Source: Acidobacteriota bacterium (GTDB lineage: Bacteria > Actinomycetota > Thermoleophilia > Solirubrobacterales > 70-9). From it: a stretch of 64,000 nt of DNA. The notes under the pieces are model-generated. The model was not told the DNA's origin, did no database searches, and saw only the letters and a program-made list of their open reading frames with translations. The position numbers and the translations under genes are program-made. The stretch is from NCBI GenBank assembly GCA_032122625.1, contig JAQBGG010000004.1, positions 47,702 through 111,701 of the forward strand. The letters are read 5' to 3'. Positions 40,000 through 49,097 of the stretch are shown one piece after another (position 1 is the first letter of the stretch; the number at the start of each line of letters is the position of its first letter).

Positions 40000-40935
40000 T
40001 CAGCTGTCGTAGAGCTCGAGCAGCGCCGCCAGCGTCTCCTCCGGGGCCTCCTCGGGCACGAAATGGCCGACCCCTGCCAGCTCGCGGATCTCGAGGTTGG
40101 GGAGGTTGGTCTCGGCGCCGCGCAGGTTCTCGGCCTCGATCACCGGGTCCAGCTCCCCGATCAGGATCATCGTCGGCTGACTGATCACCTGCTCGTTGAA
40201 GGCACCGCGGGCGATCTGCCGGAACTCCCGGGTGAGGAAGCTGCGGTAGACGGCGACGCAGGCTTGGGCCCGCTCCGGCTCCGACCACTGGCCGACGAAG
40301 GTCTCGATCTCGGCCTCCGTGGAAGTGTCGGGTCGAGCAGATCCCTTGACGAGGATCTGGCGCATGAAGGCCGGAACGCGCTGGACCACCTGGCGGCCGG
40401 CCAGCGGCGAGGCGATCAGGAACATGTACCAGAGGCGTGAGAGCAGCCGGAGGCGGTCGCTGAGCGGCGCTTCATCGGCGCGGACCCAGAGGTGGCTGAT
40501 CGCGGCGGCGGCGTAGTGGCTGACCCGATCAGGCGCCTTCAGGCAGACGTGGAAGCCGACCATCCCGCCCCAGTCATGGCCGCCGAGCCGGACCCGCCCG
40601 AGCTCGAGTTGCTCGAGCAGGGCGATCACGTCATCAGCGAGATCGGCTTTCAGGTAGCTGCCGCGCGGCGCCTCGCTCCAGCCGAAGCCGCGCAGGTCGG
40701 GGCAGATCACCCGGTAGCGCTCCGAGAGCGGGCCGATCAGCTTGCGCCAGACGTACCAGTGCTGGGGCCAACCGTGGAGCAGGACGAGCGGCTCGGCCTC
40801 GGGGTCGCCGGCCTCGGCGACGTGCATCCGGATCCCGTTGACGAGCTCGAAGCTGTGGCGGACCCCATTGACTGCGGGCATCTGGCGCTCGATCGGCACA
40901 CAATATTGCCTGTTCCCGAACAGACCGTCTCCCAA
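40000..40935 (-). CDS. alpha/beta hydrolase, epoxide-hydrolase / haloalkane-dehalogenase-like
   Basis: LLHGWPQHWYVW, the GHDWGG nucleophile elbow (Asp), and a C-terminal GHFVPEE. The start may be ATG 40881 (MPAVNGVRH...). Confidence 0.8.
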   Translation of the reverse strand: MGDGLFGNRQYCVPIERQMPAVNGVRHSFELVNGIRMHVAEAGDPEAEPLVLLHGWPQHWYVWRKLIGPLSERYRVICPDLRGFGWSEAPRGSYLKADLADDVIALLEQLELGRVRLGGHDWGGMVGFHVCLKAPDRVSHYAAAAISHLWVRADEAPLSDRLRLLSRLWYMFLIASPLAGRQVVQRVPAFMRQILVKGSARPDTSTEAEIETFVGQWSEPERAQACVAVYRSFLTREFRQIARGAFNEQVISQPTMILIGELDPVIEAENLRGAETNLPNLEIRELAGVGHFVPEEAPEETLAALLELYDS

Positions 40936-40966
40936 TGGCGCCGCCAGGGGGTCTAGCTTCGGTTCG

Positions 40967-41608
40967 GTGAGCGGGACCGAGATCGAGACGACGCCTGTGG
41001 GGGAGGCTGGGCGGCCGGCCCCGCCCGACGCCGAGGCGCGGTTATTCGTGGCCCTCGACCTGCCGGACCGCGTGCTGGACGAGATCGTCGTCTGGCAGAC
41101 GGCTCAGCTCGGGCACCTGGGGGACGATGGGCGGGGCCTGCGAGCGGTACCGGCTGCGGCGCTGCACGTCACCCTGGCCTTCCTCGGCCGCCGCCCGAAG
41201 GCGGATGTGCCGATGATCACCGAGACGCTTCAGGACATCGCACAGGGGCCCGTGGAGGGCAGTCTCGGTGCCGAGCCGGTCCCGGTGCCACGCGGCCGGC
41301 CGCGCCTTCTCGCCCTCGAGGTCGAGAGCGCCGCCGCGATCGGCTTGCAGGCGACGCTGGCGGCGCGCCTGGCCGCGCTCGGCGTCTACCGGCCTGAGCG
41401 GCGCCCGTTCTGGCCGCATCTGACTGTCTTCCGGGTCAAGGGGCGAGCTGGGTGGCGGCACCTGGGCGAGGGCGCCGGTGGACTGGGCTCAATCCCGCCC
41501 CGAAGCGGACATGCGTTCGGGTTCGTCCGAGTCGCTCTCTACCTTTCAAATCTCCGGCCTGAAGGGGCTTCGTATGCCCGGTTGGCCGCCAACGAGTTGC
41601 CGCAGTAG
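40967..41608 (+). CDS. thpR: 2H-phosphoesterase family RNA 2',3'-cyclic phosphodiesterase (LigT/ThpR)
   Basis: GTG at residue 76 of ORF 40742..41608. RLFVALDLP precedes two HxT motifs (HVTLAFLG and HLTVFRV). It ends 27 nt before recA. Confidence 0.75.
   Translation: MSGTEIETTPVGEAGRPAPPDAEARLFVALDLPDRVLDEIVVWQTAQLGHLGDDGRGLRAVPAAALHVTLAFLGRRPKADVPMITETLQDIAQGPVEGSLGAEPVPVPRGRPRLLALEVESAAAIGLQATLAARLAALGVYRPERRPFWPHLTVFRVKGRAGWRHLGEGAGGLGSIPPRSGHAFGFVRVALYLSNLRPEGASYARLAANELPQ
41505..41520. promoter_or_regulatory. candidate SOS (LexA) box upstream of recA
   Basis: GCGGAC-ATGC-GTTCGG compared with the actinobacterial TCGAAC-N4-GTTCGA: the right half GTTCG is perfect and the left half has one core mismatch. 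It lies 116-131 nt upstream of the recA ATG, inside the thpR 3-prime end. Confidence 0.25.
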
Positions 41609-41635
41609 GCGGACGACAGAAGAGGTGATCTAAGA

Positions 41636-42808
41636 ATGGCAGCAAGCAAGCCCACTCCGATCGAGGCCGGTTCAAAAGACGCGAAGGCCAAGGATGCCGC
41701 GTTGAAGGCAGCCGTCTCCCAGATTGAGCGCGAGTTCGGCGCCGGATCGGTGATGAGGCTCGGCAGCGACGCAGCGATCGAGGTCGAGACGATCCCGACC
41801 GGGGCGCTCTCGCTCGATCTCGCGCTCGGAGTCGGCGGCGTGCCGCGCGGGCGAATCGTCGAGATCTTCGGCCCCGAGTCCTCGGGCAAGACGACCTTGA
41901 TCTACCACATCATCGCCCAGGCTCAGGCCCGCGGCGGGGTCTGCGCATTCGTCGACGCCGAGCACTCGATGGACCCGGTCTACGCGCGACGCATCGGTGT
42001 CGATACCGATGAGCTGCTCGTCTCCCAGCCCGACTACGGTGAGCAGGCGCTTGAGATCGTCGACGTCCTCGTCCGCTCCGGGGCCGTTGACGTGGTCGCC
42101 GTCGACTCCGTTGCCGCGCTCACCCCACGGGTTGAGCTCGAGGGACAGATGGGGGAGATGCAGGTCGGCCTACAGGCGCGACTGATGTCGCAGGCGCTGC
42201 GCAAGCTCGCCGGCAACCTCAACCGGGCCAAGACCGTCTGCCTGTTCACGAACCAGATCCGCGAGAAGATCGGTGTCAGCTTTGGCAGCCCCGAGACTCA
42301 GCCGGGCGGGCGGGCGTTGAAGTTCTATTCCTCCCAGCGCCTCGACCTGCGCCGGATCGAAACTCTCAAGGAGGGGACCGAGGCCGTTGGCAATCGGGTC
42401 CGCGTCAAGGTCGTCAAGAACAAGGTTGCGGCGCCGTTCAGGCAGGCTGAGTTCGACGTCGAGTACGGCGCCGGGATCTCGAATGAGAGTTGCATCCTCG
42501 ATCTTGGCGTCGAGCACGAAATCGTCACCAAGTCGGGTTCGTTCTTCTCCTATGGCGACACCCGCCTGGGTCAGGGCAAGAACAACTCGAAGGCATTCCT
42601 CGCCGAGAATCTCGAGATCGCCAGCGAGATCGAGGGCAAGATCTACGCGGCCCTGGGGATCGAGCGGGTCGAGGGACCAAAGCCGATGCCGTTCACGGGG
42701 GCCGACGACCCCGTGGCCGAGGTCGAGGCTGATCCGCCTTCCGCGAGCCCGGAGGCGAAGAAACAGGCTGCCGACGGCAAGGCCGACGGGGAGAAGAAGG
42801 CGGCCTAG
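41636..42808 (+). CDS. recA: recombinase RecA (with about 40-aa C-terminal extension)
   Basis: [15 protein letters not shown] Walker A, FVDAEHS, and the L1/L2 regions. A GAGGTG Shine-Dalgarno is present. 390 aa. Confidence 0.97.
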   Translation: MAASKPTPIEAGSKDAKAKDAALKAAVSQIEREFGAGSVMRLGSDAAIEVETIPTGALSLDLALGVGGVPRGRIVEIFGPESSGKTTLIYHIIAQAQARGGVCAFVDAEHSMDPVYARRIGVDTDELLVSQPDYGEQALEIVDVLVRSGAVDVVAVDSVAALTPRVELEGQMGEMQVGLQARLMSQALRKLAGNLNRAKTVCLFTNQIREKIGVSFGSPETQPGGRALKFYSSQRLDLRRIETLKEGTEAVGNRVRVKVVKNKVAAPFRQAEFDVEYGAGISNESCILDLGVEHEIVTKSGSFFSYGDTRLGQGKNNSKAFLAENLEIASEIEGKIYAALGIERVEGPKPMPFTGADDPVAEVEADPPSASPEAKKQAADGKADGEKKAA

Positions 42809-42848
42809 AGCGGGCGGCCGGGTCCGGAGGGCGGCCGGTAGGTCGGCA

Positions 42849-43304
42849 ATGGCACGAGAGCGGGACGCTTTCGAGGCGGCACTGGGGTCGATCCGCCGTC
42901 GCGAGCGCTCGACGGCCGAGGTCGTCGACTGGCTGGCGGAGCGTGACTTCGGCTCAGAGGAGATCGAAGACGCCGTCGGCCGCCTGATCGAGATCGGCGA
43001 GCTCGACGACGAGCGCTTCGCGCGCCTCTTCGCGGAGGACAAGAGGGAGCTGTCCGGCTGGGGCCCAGAGCGGATTGCGGGGACGCTTCGGGAGAGGGGG
43101 ATCGACCGCCACCTGATCGAGGGGGCCTGCGCCGACGAGCGACCCGAGCAGGTCGAGCGGGCGGCGACACTGCTCCGGCAGCGCAACTCCGCCCTCGAAG
43201 ACGACCGCGATCGCGCCCGGGCGCTGAGCTTCCTCACCAGGCGTGGCTACGACTACGAGGTCGCCCACGACGCGATCCGCACCGCGGAGCGCGCCGCCGG
43301 ATAG
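42849..43304 (+). CDS. recX: RecA regulator RecX
   Basis: ATG at residue 155 of ORF 42387..43304. 151 aa with the three-helix-repeat pattern (RERSTAEVVDWLAERDF..IEDAVGRL...DDERFARLF...). It lies immediately after recA. Confidence 0.85.
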   Translation: MARERDAFEAALGSIRRRERSTAEVVDWLAERDFGSEEIEDAVGRLIEIGELDDERFARLFAEDKRELSGWGPERIAGTLRERGIDRHLIEGACADERPEQVERAATLLRQRNSALEDDRDRARALSFLTRRGYDYEVAHDAIRTAERAAG

Positions 43305-43326
43305 CGGAGCCCTTCCCCTGTGCCGT

Positions 43327-43562
43327 TGGGCGCGAAAGGTTCTCCCGCCCGCGTCCCCCGTCGCGCCCAGGCGCCCCGTAGGCGAGCTGTCTCCCAACAG
43401 GTAGCCGGTAGCCGCCCCGTCCCTGCCGAGCACCACCGAGACCGTGGGCGCTCTCACCGCCTCCTGGCGATAGTTGGAGCGCCCACGGTCAACGGTACGG
43501 CGTCGTAGCCACGAGCTGGGCTGCATTGACCACGCATGGCGGGGCAAACGCAGCCCAGCTCG
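43327..43562. other. cluster of three long-loop GC hairpins (recX-HAD spacer)
   Basis: H0: 43327-43335 with 43361-43369 (9 bp, 25-nt C-rich loop). H1: 43440-43453 with 43477-43490 (14 bp, 23-nt loop). H2: 43512-43524 with 43550-43562 (13 bp, 25-nt loop). The left arms share TGGGC(GC). Confidence 0.8.
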
Positions 43563-43600
43563 CCCGTAGAGACCGCCGGGCAGTCGGGGATAATCGAGCG

Positions 43601-44305
43601 ATGATCGAAGCGGTGCTGTTCGACCTCGATGACACGCTGCTCGACCACGACGGCGCCAGCCTCGCCGCCCTCGAGGCGGCGTTGGAGCGCGAGCATCCGG
43701 GAATCGAAGGCGACCGTCATCGAGCCGCGGTGGTTGAGTGGCGGCGGCTGGAGGAGCTTCACTACAGGTCCTACCTCGACGGCGAGATCGACGTCGGCGA
43801 ACAGCGCCGGCGCAGGGCGGGCGGACTGCTGGAGTGGCTCGGCAAGCCGAGTCGACCGGCGACGGACCTGGACGCATGGTATGAGGAGTTCCTCGCCGGC
43901 TACCGCGGGCACTGGTCGCTGTTCGAGGACGTCGAGCCCGCGCTCGACGGCCTCGAGCGGGCCGGTTACGCGCTTGGTGTGATCACCAACGCCGAGGGGG
44001 AGGCACAGCGGCTCAAGTTGGCGGCGATGGGAATCGAGCGGCGCCTGCCGCTCGTGGTTGCCTCGGCGGAAGTCGGCGTTGCCAAGCCTGACGCCGGCAT
44101 CTTCGCCGCGGCCTGCGATCGTCTCGGCTGCCCACCTGAGCGGGTCGCCTACGTCGGTGACCGGCTCGAGACCGATGCTCGGGGTGCATCCGAGGCCGGT
44201 CTGCGCGGAATCTGGCTGTTCCGGGAGGGCGGCGACATCCAGGGCTCTGGGACTTCGGACATCGCGACGATCGCGACCCTTCATGAGCTCCTGCCGCTGC
44301 TCTGA
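43601..44305 (+). CDS. HAD-superfamily hydrolase, subfamily IA
   Basis: ATG at residue 26 of ORF 43526..44305. Motif I is AVLFDLDDTLL, motif II VITN, and motif III/IV K...YVGDRLETD. Confidence 0.8.
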   Translation: MIEAVLFDLDDTLLDHDGASLAALEAALEREHPGIEGDRHRAAVVEWRRLEELHYRSYLDGEIDVGEQRRRRAGGLLEWLGKPSRPATDLDAWYEEFLAGYRGHWSLFEDVEPALDGLERAGYALGVITNAEGEAQRLKLAAMGIERRLPLVVASAEVGVAKPDAGIFAAACDRLGCPPERVAYVGDRLETDARGASEAGLRGIWLFREGGDIQGSGTSDIATIATLHELLPLL

Positions 44306-44398
44306 TCCCGGCCGTCGCGACCGCGTCCAGTGCGGTGGCGCGGCCCTGGGGGCTGGACAGGAGTCCGCTTTGGGGCCGGCTTCTAAGGGGGACACAGT

Positions 44399-45301
44399 TT
44401 GCTGTCGAACGAGACCTTGATGACCGAGCTTGCAATCGCACTCTCGCTGCTCTGTGCGCTGGTCACGAACGTCGCCTTCCTCTGCAAACACCGCGGGGCG
44501 GTCGCGGCGCCGCCCGTCAGCGCCCGGCATCCGTGGCGCAGCCTCCGCGGGCTCTTTGCCTCGCCCTGGTGGACGATCGGCTTTGCGATCGCCTTCGGCG
44601 CCTGGGTGCTGCACGTCGGCGCGCTTGCGATCGCGCCGCTTTCGCTCGTTCAAGCAGTGATCGCGGGCGGCCTCGTTCTCGTCGCCCTGCCGGCGGAGCG
44701 CTGGTTCGGCTTCAAACTCGGTCGGCGCGAGTGGGTCGGCCTCGGATTGAGCGCGTTCGGTCTCGCGTTCCTGGTGATCACCGCGAGCGCGGAGCGTGCC
44801 GGATCGGACTACTCCGAGGCAGCGATGATCGCGTTCACGGGCGGGGCGCTCGGGATCGGCATCGCGCTCCTTTTCTCGGGTCGCTACGAGCGCACGCGGG
44901 CCCGAACCGGGGCGCTGCTCGGCCTCGCTGCCGGACTCTTGATCGGCGTCTCCGACGTGGCGATCAAGGCCCTGACCGAGACGGTCCCCGGCGATCTGGG
45001 AGCGATCATCAGCCCCTGGACCTTGGCCGCCGCCATCGCCTCGCTTTGCGCGCTCTACGCCTTGGCGCGAGCGCTGCAGTTGGGCGGTGCGATCCAGGTG
45101 ATCGCCATCTCCTCGGTGGCCGCGAACCTCGCCGCGATCAGCGCCGGGGTAATCGTCTTCGGAGACCCCGTCGGCGGGGACACACTCGGCATTGTCGCCC
45201 GGGGAGCCGCCTTCGCCGCGGTGATCGTTGCGGCGGGCCTCGTTCAAGGTCCGGTCCGGGTCGCCGAGGCGATTGCCGGGGCTCAGCCGCGCAGCGCCTG
45301 A
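44399..45301 (+). CDS. DMT-superfamily-like polytopic membrane protein
   Basis: TTG start with an AAGGGGGA Shine-Dalgarno 7 nt upstream. 300 aa and about 9-10 TM helices. No sharper family motif was recognised. Confidence 0.55.
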   Translation: MLSNETLMTELAIALSLLCALVTNVAFLCKHRGAVAAPPVSARHPWRSLRGLFASPWWTIGFAIAFGAWVLHVGALAIAPLSLVQAVIAGGLVLVALPAERWFGFKLGRREWVGLGLSAFGLAFLVITASAERAGSDYSEAAMIAFTGGALGIGIALLFSGRYERTRARTGALLGLAAGLLIGVSDVAIKALTETVPGDLGAIISPWTLAAAIASLCALYALARALQLGGAIQVIAISSVAANLAAISAGVIVFGDPVGGDTLGIVARGAAFAAVIVAAGLVQGPVRVAEAIAGAQPRSA

Positions 45302-45593
45302 CCCCGACCTCGGCTCACTTGAGATAGGAGTCGCTCGCGGCTACCATCGTCGTTGAGCGACGTGCCGCCTTTGGCTGTCCTTCGCTAACCGAGATTCGAG
45401 AACGAAAACTTTGTTGAACCCACAGCTGTCAACCATGGCGTCCGGATAAGGAGCGACCTAGGCGGCGCCACCCTGACTCGCCGGCGGCAAGCCCGCCGTG
45501 CTCGGATAGCGATTGACTGCAGGGCCCACGCGCCGGGTTCGGACACCCGCCCTGTCCGTGAGGCGATCCCCCGTCCGGGGTCTGGTGGTTGAT

Positions 45594-47042
45594 ATGGAAC
45601 GCAGAGGTAGGCGGATCTTCCAGGGTCGTGACGACGACGCGGGGGTTCACCGGGGCGAGTCGGTCGCCTCAGCGCCACCGCCCACCGGCGCCCTGCAGGA
45701 GGCCCCGGAGACGGCGGCCGATGATGAACTGCAGGCGCGCCGTATGGAGATCGCCCGGATGGAGGAGCGCGCGTTGCACGAGCAGTCTGCGATTCGGGCC
45801 AAGCACACAGAGCTCGACAAGCGGGTGCAGGCGCTGGACGACCGCGAGCGCAACCTCGAGCAACAGGGGGAGGAGCTGAAGCGCCAGAAGCAGCTGCAGC
45901 GCAAGGAGCTGGAGCGGCTCTCTGGGCTGACCGCGGCGCAGGCGAAACAACTGCTGGTCGCGGACGTCGAGCATGACGCTCGCCACCGAGCAGGTACGGC
46001 TCTGCTGCAGATCGAGCGAGAGACCAAGCGCGACGCGGAGGCCAAGTCGCGGAACATCCTCGCGATCGCGATGTCGCGTCTAGCGGGCTCCCACGTATCC
46101 GAGACCACGACGCGACTGATCGAGTTGCCCGGTGAGGAGATGAAGGGGCGGATCATCGGGCGCGAGGGGCGCAACATCCGCGCCCTCGAGGCCCTCACAG
46201 GGGTTGACGTGATCATCGACGAGACCCCCAACGCGGTCGTCGTCTCGAGCTTCGACGGAGTGCGTCGGGAGGTCGCCCGGCAAACGATCGAGAAGCTCGT
46301 CGCCGACGGCAGGATCCAGCCGGCGACGATCGAGGAGGTCTACGGCAAGGCGAAGACCGAGGTCGAGGGTCGGATCGCCGAGGAGGGGGAGAAGGCCGAG
46401 CTCGAGGCCGGTGTCCACGGCATCGATCGGGAGCTGCTCAAGGTCCTCGGCCGGCTGCGCTTCCGAACCAGCTATGGCCAGAACGTGCTCGACCATCTTG
46501 TCGAATGCGCGAAGTTCGCCGGCCTGATCGCGGCCGAACTCGGCGCCTCGGTGGAGACAGCGAAACGGGCGGCGTTGCTACACGACATCGGCAAGGCGGT
46601 CAGCCACGAGGTCGATGGCTCACACGCCGCCGTCGGAGCGACGATGGCACGGCGGCATGGAGAGAGCGAGGCGGTGGCGCACGCGATCGCCGCCCATCAC
46701 AACGAGGTCGACCCGCGCACAGTAGAGGCCGTGATCGTGCAGGTCGTCGATGCGCTCTCTGGCGCTCGCCCCGGCGCCAGGGGCGAGGCGCTGGAGCAAT
46801 ACGTCAGCCGGCTCAAGGATCTCGAGGAGATCGCCGCCAGGCATCCGGGGGTCGAGCGGGTCTTCGCTATGCGGGCGGGACGCGATGTCCGCGTGATGGT
46901 CGATCCGGGAGTCGTCGACGACGAGGAGGCGGCGGTGATCGCGGAGCGCACGGCAAAGGTCGTCGCCAAGGAGCTCGACTTCCCGGGCCGGATCCGGATC
47001 ACGGTGATCCGCGAGACGCGCACGACGGCCTTCGCCGACTGA
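45594..47042 (+). CDS. rny: ribonuclease Y (no N-terminal transmembrane helix)
   Basis: A coiled-coil region is followed by the KH domain (MKGRIIGREGRNIRALEALTGVDVIIDETP) and the HD domain (RTSYGQNVLDHLVECA...LLHDIGKA...HH). The start is set at ATG 45594 (residue 28 of ORF 45513..47042); TTG 45513 is possible. Confidence 0.9.
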   Translation: MERRGRRIFQGRDDDAGVHRGESVASAPPPTGALQEAPETAADDELQARRMEIARMEERALHEQSAIRAKHTELDKRVQALDDRERNLEQQGEELKRQKQLQRKELERLSGLTAAQAKQLLVADVEHDARHRAGTALLQIERETKRDAEAKSRNILAIAMSRLAGSHVSETTTRLIELPGEEMKGRIIGREGRNIRALEALTGVDVIIDETPNAVVVSSFDGVRREVARQTIEKLVADGRIQPATIEEVYGKAKTEVEGRIAEEGEKAELEAGVHGIDRELLKVLGRLRFRTSYGQNVLDHLVECAKFAGLIAAELGASVETAKRAALLHDIGKAVSHEVDGSHAAVGATMARRHGESEAVAHAIAAHHNEVDPRTVEAVIVQVVDALSGARPGARGEALEQYVSRLKDLEEIAARHPGVERVFAMRAGRDVRVMVDPGVVDDEEAAVIAERTAKVVAKELDFPGRIRITVIRETRTTAFAD

Positions 47043-47078
47043 CGTTCCGGGGTTGCCGAGCGATAAGCTCGCGCCCCA

Positions 47079-47726
47079 ATGAACTCGATTCCTCAGCTCG
47101 CCTCCTCGGGGGCCGGATTCTTCGATGCCGCCTTCCTCTACATCGCCGGCGGGTTGCTGATCGTCTTCGCGCTGGCCGTCGCCTTCCTGGGAATGAGGAA
47201 GGAGGGCTTCCCATCCTCCTCTCAGCTCAAGGGGATCGGCGCTACAGCCGTGGTGCTGGTGGTCTGCACAGGTATTGGCGCGATCCAGAGCGCCCGCTTC
47301 GAGCAGTCCGAGCGCCGCGAGAAGAATCAGGAGGCCGCCAAGGAGGCGCAGGCCGAGGATGCCGCCAAGCAGGAGGCCGAGGCGCCGCTGACCGAGGGCG
47401 AGGGCGCCGCGCCCACGGCCACCGGCGAGGCGCCGAGCCCCCAGGCGTCGGGCGGGGCCGAAGGCAAGGCGCTGTTCGCCGACAACGGCTGCGGTGACTG
47501 TCACACGCTCGCCGACGCCGGCACGACCGGCCAGATCGGCCCGGTTCTCGACGAGGTCCTGCCCGGGATGTCGGCGGAGATGATCCGCACCTCGATCGTC
47601 GATCCAGGCGCAACCGTGGAGCAGGGCTTCCCCGACGGCGTCATGCCATCCGGCTATGGCGACCTGTTCACTCCGGCCGAGCTCGACGCGCTGGTTGCCT
47701 ACCTCTCCGACGTCACCGGCAAGTAG
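47079..47726 (+). CDS. membrane-anchored monohaem c-type cytochrome
   Basis: Two N-terminal TM helices are followed by an E/A/K-rich linker, then GKALFADNGCGDCHTL (CxxCH) with a downstream GVMPSGY Met ligand candidate. Confidence 0.75.
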   Translation: MNSIPQLASSGAGFFDAAFLYIAGGLLIVFALAVAFLGMRKEGFPSSSQLKGIGATAVVLVVCTGIGAIQSARFEQSERREKNQEAAKEAQAEDAAKQEAEAPLTEGEGAAPTATGEAPSPQASGGAEGKALFADNGCGDCHTLADAGTTGQIGPVLDEVLPGMSAEMIRTSIVDPGATVEQGFPDGVMPSGYGDLFTPAELDALVAYLSDVTGK

Positions 47727-47772
47727 CGACTTCCAGCGGCTGCGGCCCGCTGCGCGCCGCTACCCTCACGGC

Positions 47773-49095
47773 GTGAGCAAGAGCTTCCACGTCACCACCT
47801 TCGGGTGCCAGATGAACGAGCACGACTCCGAGCGGATGAAGGGGATGCTCGCCAACCTCGGCTACACGGAGACCTCCGGGCGCGACGAGGCCGATGTGAT
47901 CCTCTTCAACACCTGCTCGATCCGCGAGAGCGCCGACAGTCGCTTCCTCGCTCATCTCGGGGAGGCCAAGCGCCTCAAGTCGGAGGATCCGGAGCGGATC
48001 ATCGGGGTCGGTGGCTGCTGGGCGCAGTCCGTCAAGAACGAGGTCTTCGAGCGCTTTCCGTTCGTCGACGTCGCCTTCGGCCCCGGCCAGATCCACAAGC
48101 TGGCCGAGTTCCTCACGTCCGACTCGATCACCGCCCAGGGCTTCTTCGAGTTCGAGGACTTCGCCGGCCATCTTCCCCCCCAGCGAGAGCGACCTTTCCA
48201 GGCCTGGCTGCAGATCTCCCAGGGCTGCAACTGCGTCTGCTCCTACTGCATCGTCCCCTCGACCCGTGGCCGGGAGCAGAGCCGCCCCGCGCCGGAGCTG
48301 ATCAGCGAGGTCCAAACGCTGGCGACCGAGGGCGTTCGCGAGATCACCCTGCTGGGACAGAACGTCAACAGCTATGGGCGTGATCTTCGCGGCGATGCGC
48401 GCATCGGCTTCGCCGAGCTGCTGCGGGCGATCGATGCGATCGACGGCGTCGAGAGGATCCGCTACACGAGCCCGCATCCGAAGGACATGCGCGAGGACGT
48501 GATCGCTGCGCATGCTGAGTGCGAGGCCGTCTGCGAGCACATCCACCTGCCCCTGCAATCGGGCTCGAGCCGGATTCTCAAGGCGATGCGGCGCACCTAC
48601 AACCGCGAGCGCTACCTCGATCGAGTCGCGCTGATCCGCGAGCACGTTCCCGACGCCGCGATCACGACGGACATCATCGTCGGCTTCCCGGGTGAGACCG
48701 AGGAAGACTTCGCCCAGACACTGGCGGTCGCTGAGCAGGTCGGCTACGACAGCGCCTTCACCTTCATCTTCAGCCCGCGCCGCGGCACCCTGGCGGCCGA
48801 GATGGACGGGATGATTCCCCACCCGGTCAAGGTCGAGCGCATGCAGCGCCTGGTCGAGGTGGTCCAGCGGCGAGCCAAGCAGCGCGCCCAGCGATTTGTC
48901 GGCCGCACCCTCGAGGTGCTCGTCGAGGGACCGAGTCGGACCGACCCGACCCGCCTGCGGGGCCGCACGCGTCACAACAAGTCGGTCAACTTCGATGGCA
49001 CCGCCAAGCCCGGCGAGCTCGTCGAGGTAGAGGTCGAGGCAGCGACCTCGACCAGCCTCAGCGGCAAGGAGAAGCTGCTCAGCCGGGTCATCTAG
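47773..49095 (+). CDS. miaB: tRNA-i6A37 methylthiotransferase
   Basis: GTG at residue 40 of ORF 47656..49095. FHVTTFGCQMNEHDSE (UPF0004 Cys), the radical-SAM motif CNCVCSYCIVP, and a TRAM C-terminus. Confidence 0.9.
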   Translation: MSKSFHVTTFGCQMNEHDSERMKGMLANLGYTETSGRDEADVILFNTCSIRESADSRFLAHLGEAKRLKSEDPERIIGVGGCWAQSVKNEVFERFPFVDVAFGPGQIHKLAEFLTSDSITAQGFFEFEDFAGHLPPQRERPFQAWLQISQGCNCVCSYCIVPSTRGREQSRPAPELISEVQTLATEGVREITLLGQNVNSYGRDLRGDARIGFAELLRAIDAIDGVERIRYTSPHPKDMREDVIAAHAECEAVCEHIHLPLQSGSSRILKAMRRTYNRERYLDRVALIREHVPDAAITTDIIVGFPGETEEDFAQTLAVAEQVGYDSAFTFIFSPRRGTLAAEMDGMIPHPVKVERMQRLVEVVQRRAKQRAQRFVGRTLEVLVEGPSRTDPTRLRGRTRHNKSVNFDGTAKPGELVEVEVEAATSTSLSGKEKLLSRVI

Positions 49096-49097
49096 GG

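Noticed and set aside
43454-45247. 597-aa minus-strand ORF spanning the HAD and DMT-like genes
   Set aside because: It runs antisense across two independently supported + strand genes and the spacer between them. It is Arg/Gly/Pro-rich with no motifs.
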